Below are positions 26,674 to 36,300 of a DNA stretch of 64,000 nt, piece after piece (within the stretch, counting starts at the first letter, position 1; every line of letters starts with the position of its first letter). The DNA is taken from the IMG/VR virus record IMGVR_UViG_3300005837_000196, positions 65 to 64,064 of that record; one strand, given 5' to 3'. Source of the DNA: a virus. Taxonomy: Duplodnaviria > Caudoviricetes. Both the position numbers and the translations under genes were made by a program. Below the pieces are notes generated by a model. That model did no database searches and was not told the origin of the DNA. It worked only from the letters and a program-made list of their open reading frames with translations.

Positions 26674-27481
26674 AGAATACAAAGGCTTATTATCTGGTGT
26701 TTTTTATGCTGGCAAAAGCAAAGAAGATAGGACAGGTGTTGGTACAAAAGCTGTATTTGGCCGTACAATACGTCATGATATGGATGCGGGGTTTCCTCTT
26801 ATTACAACTAAAAAAGTTAGTTTTAATGCGGCACTTACGGAAATTTTATGGATACTGCAGGGTAGGACTGATATTAAATATCTTGTTGACAATGGTGTTA
26901 ATTATTGGACTCCCAATTATGAGGCCTCAGGAAGGAACGATGGAACTCTTGGTAAGGTATATGGTTATCAATGGAGAAATTTCTCTGGCGTTGATCAATT
27001 GTTCAATTTACTATCTGACATCAAAACAAATCCATCTTCGAGAAGACTTATGGTTAATGCCTGGAATCCTGCTGATTTCGATGATATGGCATTGCCTCCT
27101 TGTCATTATGGTTTTCAAGTCTATATAAATAATGGTGTTATGGACCTTATGTGGCAACAAAGATCTGTTGATATATTTTTAGGATTACCATATGATATAG
27201 CAATGTATGGTATATTGCTTAAAATGCTTGCTAAAGGTAATGGATATAAACCTGGACAATTGATAGGTCAACTAGGAGATTGTCATATATATAATAATCA
27301 TTTTGAACAAACTAAGCTACAATTAGCTAGAGAACCAAAAAAATTGCCTACCTTAGATGTATCATTTGGTTTGAAAATACAAGAAGGTGCAGGTAATTTT
27401 GTTTTTATACCTTCAAAAACCATGTTTAAATTAAACAATTATGAATCACATCCCGCTATTAAAGCAGAGCTTGCAATTTAA
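26657..27481 (+). CDS. thyA: Thymidylate synthase-family enzyme with Asn177-to-Asp substitution (possible dCMP methylase)
   Basis: DRTGVGT, EILW, SRR, LPPCH, QRSVD and GDCHIY are all present; E. coli PFNIASY reads PYDIAMY here (GAT at 27194-27196). Confidence 0.9.
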   Translation: MINIDEEYKGLLSGVFYAGKSKEDRTGVGTKAVFGRTIRHDMDAGFPLITTKKVSFNAALTEILWILQGRTDIKYLVDNGVNYWTPNYEASGRNDGTLGKVYGYQWRNFSGVDQLFNLLSDIKTNPSSRRLMVNAWNPADFDDMALPPCHYGFQVYINNGVMDLMWQQRSVDIFLGLPYDIAMYGILLKMLAKGNGYKPGQLIGQLGDCHIYNNHFEQTKLQLAREPKKLPTLDVSFGLKIQEGAGNFVFIPSKTMFKLNNYESHPAIKAELAI

Positions 27482-27492
27482 AAATAATTAAT

Positions 27493-28257
27493 ATGAATAA
27501 TAGTTATTACATTTATCATATTCCTGGTAAAAAAATAGGTGTAACACGTAATTTAAATAACAGAGTTACGCTAGTGCAGGGCTATAAGCCTGATGAATAT
27601 GAAGTTCTTGATTCTTCTGATGATATTGATTATATATCTATGAAGGAAATAGAACTTCAAAAGTCTTACGGTTATAAAATTGACCGAGGATTATATAAAA
27701 ATTTATTTAAATCTAATATGAAACTAAACGCTACAGACCAAACAACAACTTTCCCTGTTTCTAAAAAAGAACTTAAAAGCTTTCTTTTAGAAAACATAGG
27801 ATTAAAATGGAACACACCGTCGGGTGAATTTGAATTAACAGATGAATCAGTTAATTGGATTGTGTCTAATTCTAAAAAATCAATGTATAATGAAGATCGT
27901 TCCTACATTTATAATAAAGCTTTTTATGAGGCTTTTATTGCCGAGCCAACGTACAACAAGGAAAACATATTTGGACTCATTAGAGACTGGGCAAAAGAGC
28001 GTGGGATATATGATAAAGGAGATCCTAAGACTCAATTAATTAAACTGTATGAAGAATCAGGAGAACTTGCTCAGTCGTTGCTTAAAGACGATAAAGAAGG
28101 TATTGTTGACGCAATTGGTGACAGTGTTGTTGTCCTTACTAATCTTGCTCATTTGGTCGGAACTGATATTGAAACTTGTATCCAAGCTGCTTATGATGAA
28201 ATCTCTAATCGAACAGGTAAAATGGTAAACGGTACATTTCAAAAAGATACATTATAA
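27493..28257 (+). CDS. Fusion: GIY-YIG-like N-terminus plus MazG-like NTP pyrophosphatase C-terminus
   Basis: N: YIYHIPGKKIGVTRNLNNR...EIELQ. C: WAKERGI...KLYEESGELA...DAIGDSVVVL...AAYDEISNRTG. Confidence 0.75.
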   Translation: MNNSYYIYHIPGKKIGVTRNLNNRVTLVQGYKPDEYEVLDSSDDIDYISMKEIELQKSYGYKIDRGLYKNLFKSNMKLNATDQTTTFPVSKKELKSFLLENIGLKWNTPSGEFELTDESVNWIVSNSKKSMYNEDRSYIYNKAFYEAFIAEPTYNKENIFGLIRDWAKERGIYDKGDPKTQLIKLYEESGELAQSLLKDDKEGIVDAIGDSVVVLTNLAHLVGTDIETCIQAAYDEISNRTGKMVNGTFQKDTL

Positions 28258-28487
28258 TGAGGGATCAAATAATAAAACAAGTAATAAATAAAATTCAATC
28301 ACGATCTGATGTTGGCTTTAAAAAGTATGGAGTTACTTTAGAAGATGATGATCAACCTTTAGATAGATGGCTTCAGCATTTACAAGAAGAATTAATGGAC
28401 GCTGTTAACTATCTTGAAAAAGCTAGAATGGTTTTAAGAGAAGAGGTTGAAGAGTGTTACATAAGAGATGCGAAGAAAGAATTATAA
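28257..28487 (+). CDS. Small all-alpha NTP pyrophosphatase-like protein
   Basis: KKYGVTL...WLQHLQEELMDAVNY (EExxD) pattern. Confidence 0.55.
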   Translation: MRDQIIKQVINKIQSRSDVGFKKYGVTLEDDDQPLDRWLQHLQEELMDAVNYLEKARMVLREEVEECYIRDAKKEL

Positions 28488-28917
28488 AAAACGAGGTCCT
28501 GTAAGAGCTAAGAAGATTAGTTATGATGGACATAATTTTGCTTCAGGTTTAGAAAAGTATATGTATATGGCTTTAAAGAAGGCAAAAATTAGGGCTAAAT
28601 ACGAAGGTGAAACTTTTGTTTTAATTAATGGTTTTCATTTTGAGAATGAATCATATGAAAAACAAGCTAATGGCAAAGGTGAATTTGTAAACAGAGGAAG
28701 TAAAAGAATATTGCCTATAAAATATACACCAGATTTTATTGGTAATGATTTTATAATCGAAACTAAAGGAAGAGCTAATGAATCTTTCCCTATAAGATGG
28801 AAATTGTTTAAAAGATTAGTTACAGAGCAGTTTCCTGAATATACTTTATATAAGCCACAAAATCAAAAAGAATGCGACAGAACCGTAGAGATAATCCTGA
28901 GCAAGCTAAAAAAATAG
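28468..28917 (+). CDS. T7 endonuclease I-like Holliday junction resolvase
   Basis: FASGLE...YTPDF...IIETKG motif. Confidence 0.8.
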   Translation: MRRKNYKKRGPVRAKKISYDGHNFASGLEKYMYMALKKAKIRAKYEGETFVLINGFHFENESYEKQANGKGEFVNRGSKRILPIKYTPDFIGNDFIIETKGRANESFPIRWKLFKRLVTEQFPEYTLYKPQNQKECDRTVEIILSKLKK

Positions 28918-29045
28918 CAAGATCTAAATATGCTCAGAGACAAATTGAAAAATGGATTAAGTGGTCTATAACTAATAGAGGGTATATTAAATATAAAGAG
29001 ATTGTAGAAATACACAATAAGTACAATATAAAATGTTATGATTAA
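28872..29045 (+). CDS. Small basic hypothetical protein (57 aa); not in track
   Basis: MRQNRRDNPEQAKKIARSKYAQRQIEKW... Confidence 0.45.
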   Translation: MRQNRRDNPEQAKKIARSKYAQRQIEKWIKWSITNRGYIKYKEIVEIHNKYNIKCYD

Positions 29046-29046
29046 T

Positions 29047-29184
29047 ATGCCAAACTGGGAATTAAGTATAGGATTGTATCCTGGTGTTTTGTTAGGAATG
29101 AGATCTTATGTAGAGAAAGAATATACACAACATGTATTATATTTACCATTCGTAGATATATGTTTAGAAATAGATAAAAATTAA
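29047..29184 (+). CDS. Small hypothetical protein (45 aa); not in track
   Basis: MPNWELSIGLYPGVLLGMRSY...LYLPFVDICLEI fills the gap before nrdB. Confidence 0.55.
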   Translation: MPNWELSIGLYPGVLLGMRSYVEKEYTQHVLYLPFVDICLEIDKN

Positions 29185-29185
29185 T

Positions 29186-30154
29186 ATGGGATTATTTGAT
29201 GAAAGAATTGCGTACAAACCTTTTGAATATCCAGAGTACTATACTGAGGGATGGCTTAAACAAGCTCAAGCATTCTGGCTACACACCGAAATACCTATGT
29301 CAGGTGACGTTAAGGATTGGAACGAAAAATTAACAGATTCTGAAAAGAATTTAGTAGGTAATATATTATTAGGATTTGCTCAAACAGAATGTGCTGTATC
29401 TGATTACTGGACACAAAAAGTTGTAGGTTGGTTTCCAAAACACGAAATACAACAAATGGCTATGATGTTTGGTTCACAAGAAACAATACATGCTGTAGCA
29501 TACAGTTATTTAAATGAAACATTAGGATTAGAAAACTTCGAAGCGTTTCTTCAAGATGAAGCAACAATGGAACGTTTTGATAATTTAGTTAGTTATGATG
29601 GAAATGATCGGATTGGGATTGCTAAAAGTCTCGCCATATTTAGTGCATTCGCTGAAGGAGTTAGTCTCTATTCTGCTTTCGCTGTTCTTTATTCTTTTCA
29701 ATTACGTAATTTACTCAAAGGAATAGGACAACAGATGAAATGGTCTGTAAGAGATGAATCTTTACATTCTAAAATGGGTTGTAAATTATTCAGACATATG
29801 TGTGAGGAAGATAATAACTTATTAGAAAATTGTAAAGAAGATGTTATCAAAGCAGCAGAAGCAATGCTTAGCGCAGAAGAAAAGTATATTGACAAAATGT
29901 TCGAACAAGGAGATATTGATAATCTTAAATCCAACGATCTCAAACAATTTATCAGAAAACGTCTTAATGAAAAATTACAAGAACTCGGTTACAGCAACCT
30001 CGGGACTTACTTTAAATTTGACAAAGCAGGAGCGGAAAATCTTGACTGGTTCTATCATCTTACCGGGGGGCATACTCATACTGATTTTTTTGCTGTTCGT
30101 CCGACTGATTATTCCAAAGCAAACGAGGGAGAAGATTTTGAAGATATATGGTAA
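29186..30154 (+). CDS. nrdB: Ribonucleotide reductase class Ia beta subunit
   Basis: AFWLHTEI, QETIHAVAY, FAEGVSLYSAF, RDESLH di-iron motifs. Confidence 0.95.
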   Translation: MGLFDERIAYKPFEYPEYYTEGWLKQAQAFWLHTEIPMSGDVKDWNEKLTDSEKNLVGNILLGFAQTECAVSDYWTQKVVGWFPKHEIQQMAMMFGSQETIHAVAYSYLNETLGLENFEAFLQDEATMERFDNLVSYDGNDRIGIAKSLAIFSAFAEGVSLYSAFAVLYSFQLRNLLKGIGQQMKWSVRDESLHSKMGCKLFRHMCEEDNNLLENCKEDVIKAAEAMLSAEEKYIDKMFEQGDIDNLKSNDLKQFIRKRLNEKLQELGYSNLGTYFKFDKAGAENLDWFYHLTGGHTHTDFFAVRPTDYSKANEGEDFEDIW

Positions 30155-30414
30155 TAAAAAAAATTTTAAAAAGCTTAGTAAAAGAGCGTAAACTTTCTCC
30201 TGTTGAAAGAATATCCAACAGAGTGGGATATATGGGTGCAGCTTTTATAATGATGTCCCCCTATTTATTATCCTACGGCAACATAGGTATTTATACTTAT
30301 ATAGTAGGTGGAGCACTAGCAATACCACAAGTATGGATAGCTAAACAATGGAACTTAGTAATAGTAAATTTAAATGTTATAATAGGTTATATAATATATT
30401 ATTTTAATGCGTAA
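30148..30414 (+). CDS. Small multi-TM membrane protein (PnuC/SemiSWEET-like?)
   Basis: About three hydrophobic helices and QWNLV motif; between nrdB and nrdA. Confidence 0.45.
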   Translation: MVIKKILKSLVKERKLSPVERISNRVGYMGAAFIMMSPYLLSYGNIGIYTYIVGGALAIPQVWIAKQWNLVIVNLNVIIGYIIYYFNA

Positions 30415-30629
30415 TGAAAGAAAACAAACTAATAGAAATGTGGAACAGAGTAGAAATTCTGGGCCAAAACGTGCAACAAATAATTCAGGAACTAAACAAT
30501 CTAAAAGACCTCTCGATTGGGACGCTAGAGACATTGAAACGAATCCCGGATTACGACAAAGCACTGGAAACTATGAAGACAGATTTTTTGAATAAAGAAA
30601 AAGAAAAAGCAGAAAAGAATGTGGAATAA
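30414..30629 (+). CDS. Hypothetical coiled-coil protein
   Basis: 71-aa ORF coupled to its neighbours. Confidence 0.6.
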   Translation: MKENKLIEMWNRVEILGQNVQQIIQELNNLKDLSIGTLETLKRIPDYDKALETMKTDFLNKEKEKAEKNVE

Positions 30630-32361
30630 CGATTGGAAAAAAGGTGAAGACTATCCAATTTGGGGTGACACTGAAGTGTATAAAAAAACAATAACAGGTG
30701 GATACCTATTATTTGATGAAACCCCTAAAGATGCATATATGCGTGTTGCTAAAACTGTAGCGAGACGTTTATATAAGCCAGAACTAGCAGATAAGTTTTT
30801 TCAATATATATGGGATGGCTGGCTATGTTTAGCCTCACCAGTGCTGTCTAATACAGGCACAGATAGAGGTTTACCTATCAGTTGTTTTGGTATTGACGTT
30901 GCGGATAGCATAAATGATATTGGACAAAAGAATTTAGAAATGATGTTATTAGCCAAGCATGGAGGCGGTGTTGGTATTGGCATTAATCAAATAAGACCCG
31001 CCGGAGCTAAAATTACAGGAAATGGAACATCTGATGGAGTGGTGCCTTTTTGCAAGATATACGATTCAACAATACTCGCCACTAATCAAGGATCTGTCAG
31101 GAGAGGAGCTGCGTCAGTTAATATCAATGCTGATCACTCCGACTTTGAAGAATGGTTGGAGATCCGAGAACCAAAAGGAGACGTTAACAGACAGTCACTT
31201 AATCTCCACCAGTGCGCTGTGGTCGGTGACAAGTTTATGCGAAGACTTGAATCTGGAGATAAAGAAACTAGAAGGAAGTGGGGAAAACTATTACAAAAGC
31301 GTAAAGCAACTGGAGAACCTTATATACTCTTTAAGGGAAATACAAACAAGGTTAATCCAGAAGCATACAAATCAAATGGGCTCAAAGTTCATATGACAAA
31401 TATATGCAGTGAGATAACTTTACATACTGATGAATCACATTCTTTTGTATGTTGCTTGTCTTCTGTTAACCTAGATAAATACGACGAATGGAAGGATACG
31501 AATCTAATTTACGACGCAACTTGGTTCCTGGACGGTGTGCTAGAAGAATTTATTCAAAAGGCAAAGAATATGAAGGGATTCGAGAACTCTGTACGCAGTG
31601 CGGAGAAAGGGCGGGCACTTGGACTTGGTGTCCTTGGGTGGCACAGCCTGCTGCAAAAGAAAGGAATAGCTTTCGAAGGTTTATTAGCACAATTCAAAAC
31701 GCGAGAAATATTTTCAAAAATAAAAATAGAAACTGAAAGAGCTTCAAGAGAATTAGCTGAAGTTTATGGTGAACCTTTATGGTGTGTAGGTACAGGAATG
31801 AGAAATACCCATTTAAGATCTATTGCGCCAACTGTTTCAAATAGTAAACTTAGTGGTAATGTTTCACCTGGTATTGAACCATGGGCAGCAAATGTATTTA
31901 CAGAGCAATCTGCCAAAGGTACATTTATAAGAAAAAATAAAGAACTTAAAAAAGTATTAAGAAAAATTGGTATCGATAATAAAGAAACTTGGGATAAGAT
32001 TTTGGAAGATGGTGGATCCGTTCAAGGAGTTGAAGGACTCGATGGATGGTTTTACGATCACCTCGGAAGATTAAATGAAGAGGAAGGGGAAAGTGTTAAG
32101 AATGTATTTAAGACTTTTAAAGAAATCAATCAACTAGAATTAGTTAATCAAGCTGGTATACGTCAAGATTATATAGATCAATCAGTAAGTTTGAACCTTG
32201 CGTTTCCTTCTGTTGCAGATCCTAAATGGATAAATAAAGTTCATCTAGAGGCATGGAAGCGTGGTATTAAGACTTTATACTATATGAGAACGGAATCAGT
32301 GTTGCGTGGCGATATTGCAGCCAAAGCAATGGATCCTGATTGTTTAAGTTGTGATGGATAA
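30619..32361 (+). CDS. nrdA: Ribonucleotide reductase class Ia alpha subunit (short, no ATP cone)
   Basis: LPISCF, TNICSEI, CCLSSVNL, IAPTVS, KTLYYMR and C-terminal CLSCDG. Confidence 0.95.
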   Translation: MWNNDWKKGEDYPIWGDTEVYKKTITGGYLLFDETPKDAYMRVAKTVARRLYKPELADKFFQYIWDGWLCLASPVLSNTGTDRGLPISCFGIDVADSINDIGQKNLEMMLLAKHGGGVGIGINQIRPAGAKITGNGTSDGVVPFCKIYDSTILATNQGSVRRGAASVNINADHSDFEEWLEIREPKGDVNRQSLNLHQCAVVGDKFMRRLESGDKETRRKWGKLLQKRKATGEPYILFKGNTNKVNPEAYKSNGLKVHMTNICSEITLHTDESHSFVCCLSSVNLDKYDEWKDTNLIYDATWFLDGVLEEFIQKAKNMKGFENSVRSAEKGRALGLGVLGWHSLLQKKGIAFEGLLAQFKTREIFSKIKIETERASRELAEVYGEPLWCVGTGMRNTHLRSIAPTVSNSKLSGNVSPGIEPWAANVFTEQSAKGTFIRKNKELKKVLRKIGIDNKETWDKILEDGGSVQGVEGLDGWFYDHLGRLNEEEGESVKNVFKTFKEINQLELVNQAGIRQDYIDQSVSLNLAFPSVADPKWINKVHLEAWKRGIKTLYYMRTESVLRGDIAAKAMDPDCLSCDG

Positions 32362-32400
32362 AAAAATAAGGGGAAAGCTTTTGGCAATCCCCTTTTTATT
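32362..32400. terminator. Bidirectional intrinsic terminator between convergent gene blocks
   Basis: AAGGGGA...TCCCCTT stem (32368-32394) flanked by A-run and T-run. Confidence 0.75.
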
Positions 32401-32804
32401 TATTTTTTAGGTGGGTTGTTTTTGTTATCAAAATCCATTGCAGCTTTGAGAATGATTTTATCCATCATATTATCTTGGTTTTCTAACATTTGCTTTTGCA
32501 AATCTATTACCATACCTTCTAAATTATCTTTGGCCGCTACTAACATCTCTATTTGATGTTCTTTCTTTTCTAAGTTTTGTTTTAGTGAATTAATATCATC
32601 CGGCTTACTTCCTGTAATAGTAGCTACTGTAATACCAATCGAAGCTGAGATCGTACCAATTAACATCATTACAACCTCTTTATTAGTATCTAATACAGGA
32701 AACTGAATCAAAGCTACTATAAGACCAATTACAAATAGAAATATAAGTAATGAACCTACATAACTTCTTATCTCTCTTGCCACGCCGTTTTTAGGTAATG
32801 CCAT
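32400..32804 (-). CDS. Two-TM membrane protein with coiled coil (holin-like)
   Basis: Two hydrophobic helices followed by a heptad-rich C-terminus. Confidence 0.55.
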   Translation of the reverse strand: MALPKNGVAREIRSYVGSLLIFLFVIGLIVALIQFPVLDTNKEVVMMLIGTISASIGITVATITGSKPDDINSLKQNLEKKEHQIEMLVAAKDNLEGMVIDLQKQMLENQDNMMDKIILKAAMDFDNKNNPPKK

Positions 32805-32807
32805 AAT

Positions 32808-32960
32808 TTATTTTTTCTTTTTTAGTTTTTCCATTATTTGTATAACTGTGTATACTAGCGTAGCGGTTAAAACTAAAGTAGATAAAACTGGATTAAGCTC
32901 GCTAATCATTCCTCCTCCTAAAGCAGAGATGCTAATTCCGTATATTTTCAAATCTTCCAC
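32808..32960 (-). CDS. Small membrane protein (50 aa, GTG start); not in track
   Basis: VEDLKIYGISISALGGGMISELNPVLSTLVLTATLVYTVIQIMEKLKKKK; hydrophobic with a basic tail. Confidence 0.55.
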   Translation of the reverse strand: MEDLKIYGISISALGGGMISELNPVLSTLVLTATLVYTVIQIMEKLKKKK

Positions 32961-33220
32961 TATTTTTTGTATTTGCTTACTCTGCCCTTAGTATTCTTTT
33001 CTCTTTTTGCTCTTGCTTTTTGTGCTGGTGTTAATTCACTCCAAGTAGCTGGGGTTTCACTAGAAACTCTTTTAGTTGGTCTAAATGTATTTTCACCACC
33101 TTCATAACCTTTCTTACCACTAGGTGTTCTCCAATCTTCTTTAAACCATCGCTTAAGTGCTGCACCTTTTTCAGTCTTACGCACTTTTTGTAGCGGTGAG
33201 CCTTTCATTTTAAATCCCAT
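32960..33220 (-). CDS. Small basic protein
   Basis: MGFKMKGSPLQK...LKRWFKEDW...RPTKRVSSETPATWSEL. Confidence 0.65.
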   Translation of the reverse strand: MGFKMKGSPLQKVRKTEKGAALKRWFKEDWRTPSGKKGYEGGENTFRPTKRVSSETPATWSELTPAQKARAKREKNTKGRVSKYKK

Positions 33221-33390
33221 TATTTCTTTGAATTACCCCAATTAGCTGCACCCATTTTTCTGCATTTAGCCATTGCTCCACTTCTATAAGCAGAATTCTT
33301 TGGACCATAGCGACTTACTACTTTTTTGTAACATGCATCTTTTTTTAAAGGAGTGCTACACGCTCTTTTTGTTATTGGGCTATATTTCAT
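33220..33390 (-). CDS. Small basic protein (start corrected to MKYSPITK)
   Basis: DACYKKVVSRY...SAYRSGAMAKCRK; ATG at 33390 lies just after the stop of the giant gene. Confidence 0.6.
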   Translation of the reverse strand: MKYSPITKRACSTPLKKDACYKKVVSRYGPKNSAYRSGAMAKCRKMGAANWGNSKK

Positions 33391-33392
33391 TT

Positions 33393-36300
33393 TTAATACT
33401 TGTTTAATTTTCTTTCTATTCTTCTTATTATTTTTGCAGGATCTTTTGATTTTTTTGTTTGTCTTTCTATCATGTTCAAATCCCATTCAGACCAACCTAA
33501 CGATAATGCTATACTTTGCCAAAGTTCTGTTTCAGACTCCATCGCGGTTTTAATATGATCTGCTTTTTGCACAATTCTATCAGCAGGTAAGTTTGTTCCC
33601 GCAGATATAACTTTACCAGCAGCTAAAAACGCAGGGTTTTCTAAACTAAATCCTTCAGTAAATACTTTTTCTCTAGATTGCTTATAAGTAAATACTTTAC
33701 CAGCTGATTCTAATTTTCTTAATTTAGAATTGATTGGTGGTGATAAAGAAGTTGCTTCAATAGCTATTTGAGTATAATCAGGTCTAGATTTTTTGGACTG
33801 CTCTATAATTTCTAATATTATATTTTTAACAGTAGCAGCAGCGGCTCCATATACACCAGAACCACGCATAAAAGTATCAAGACTACTGTTACCTATTCTA
33901 AACAATCTTGATTGTTCTTTTTCATCGTCTTCATCATCAAACAATAAAGCAAACAATCCTTGTTGTAAAGCAGAGAATATAATATTTTGTATTACACTAT
34001 AATAAGCAATCTTACTAATATTCGTTTTCCAATCTCCACGTCCATTAATTAAATCTAATGTAGCTTTTTTAGTTAAGCGAGCATATTGCATAGGTGTGTT
34101 ACCAAAAGCTAATATAAGGCGTCCTAATGATCCCGCTTGCTCCATTGAAATACGATCAGGTCTTGCGGACTGTTGTGTTTCTTCCGCAATCTCTTGAAAA
34201 TCTGTAAATGCTTTTCGTTCTGCTATTTTTTCTATTTCTTTTAATTCAGAATCAACTTTTCTTTTAATTTCTTTAGCAGGTATACGCTGTTTTAAATATT
34301 TATTTGTTCTATTGTCGTATTCTTCTTGTATGTATTTTTTTATTCTATTACGGTAGAACGTAGCTCCACCAGATGCAATTGCAAATGAATCAGCAATTTG
34401 TGTTGGTGTAAAACCAAACTTAAGTATTGCACTTAATGCAGCCCTTGCAGTGTTTTTAGCACCTTTAGCAGCTCTAGCAATTTCATCAGCATTTATATCA
34501 GTTTGTAAACCAGATCTTCTTTGCTTTAAAAAGTCTGAATTAAATAATGTTGAAAAGTCATTCCAATATTGTTTTTGATTAGCAAAAGCAATTCCAGCAT
34601 TAATAGGATTGTTATCACTAAAGTTGATAAAGTTAACAGCAGATAATGTTTGGAGCACAGCAGATCTAGCATTGAAGAACATAATAGCACCTACAGAATT
34701 ATTAGTCCAATCCATAAAGCGTTGCTCTATTTTACTTAAACCTTGTCTTCGGTTTTTACCAGTGTACATTCTTTCTAATATATTCTGCAAAGCATCTACA
34801 TATCTTTCGCCATATAATGCTCGAAGCTTCTCTATATTATTTTCATTAAATATTAAATCCGCTCTTTGTTTCCATTCGGTTAAAAATTCAGCACGTCTTG
34901 GTCCGTCTATATAAGATACAATGTCTGTTGTTATATCTCCTGAATCCCAATTTTTACCAGGCTTTGGATAACCTTCTGGATTTAAGCTTATTAGACGTTC
35001 AGCAAATGCTTTTAGTTCTTTATTAGCATTTACAATTTTTAAGTTCTTTTCAACTAGCTTAGGGCTTCTTTCTATTCCAGGAATATCATCACCTTGCTTA
35101 GTCCATATATAAATTCGAACAGCATCTTGATTTGTTAATCCTGTTTCATTTCTTTTATCTAAACCACCAGGAACATCTTTTTGTGCTTCTTTTTTAAGTG
35201 CTGTCCAGTCGCGTAACGCTTTTTGTTTTGAAGCTTCGTATTGTTGAATACCTCTAGAAAATGGTCTAAGTAAATTTTCTTTATACCATTCCATCTGCTG
35301 ATCACCTACTTTGCCTTTGCCTAAAGTAGCATATAATAAACCAACAAAGTCATCAGCTGAATAAGGTATGAATAATTTTTTGCCTTTACCTTTAGCTTTT
35401 AAACGTGCTTCAACAGGTGAAAATTTTTCTAAATAGCTTACTCCTGTAGTTTTTTGCAATATATCTTCTTCAAACTGGCGACTTAATGATTTAGAAAATT
35501 TTACGTCAGTTTCTTTTATTAAATTAACAAATTCTTTTTCATTTTTTATAGATACTTTATTTGTTTTTTCAACTTTAGGTATTCTATATTCAGCTATTAA
35601 ACGTACAGCAACTTCATTATTCTTATCTTTACTTAATTTAAGCCTAACTTCTATTTGTGCATTACCTTTTAATTCGGGAACTTTTAAATTTAATGGATTT
35701 ATTCCAAAATGATATATATCTTCGCCTATTAATATATAATCGCCCTTAAAACCATCTTTTGTTTTATTTATGTAATGTGTTTTTATAGCGTCAATTTGAA
35801 TAGGACTTTTAAAAGCAACAGTTTTTTGAAATCCTTCGTTTTTTAATTTTTCTTTTAATTCAAATGATATTTTATCTCTATTCTTTTTTATATTAGCTTT
35901 TTTAGTATAATTTAAAAGAGCCTTTTTAAAAGGAGAATAAAAATTTAAAAGACTTGCTATGTTTATAAAATCTTCACCTTTGTTTAATACTGAATTTAAA
36001 ACAACATCATTACCGATTATTTCAAATTTTAATTCTAACTGACCATATCTAGCGGAATAGTTCATTTTTGTTTCTATTCCTGTTTTTTTACCATGTATAA
36101 TAAGATGGTGATCTACCCTGCTTCCATCATCTCCAGCTATTTTATCATCAATTACATTTAAAATATTAGAATCTGATATTATAGCTTCTGATTTATTAAA
36201 AATTTGTAAATTTTCTTTTTCTATAGCATCACTTGCATTTTTTATATCTCTTTCAGATGCATCATTGAATAATTTATACAGTATAGGATATTTGTTTTGT

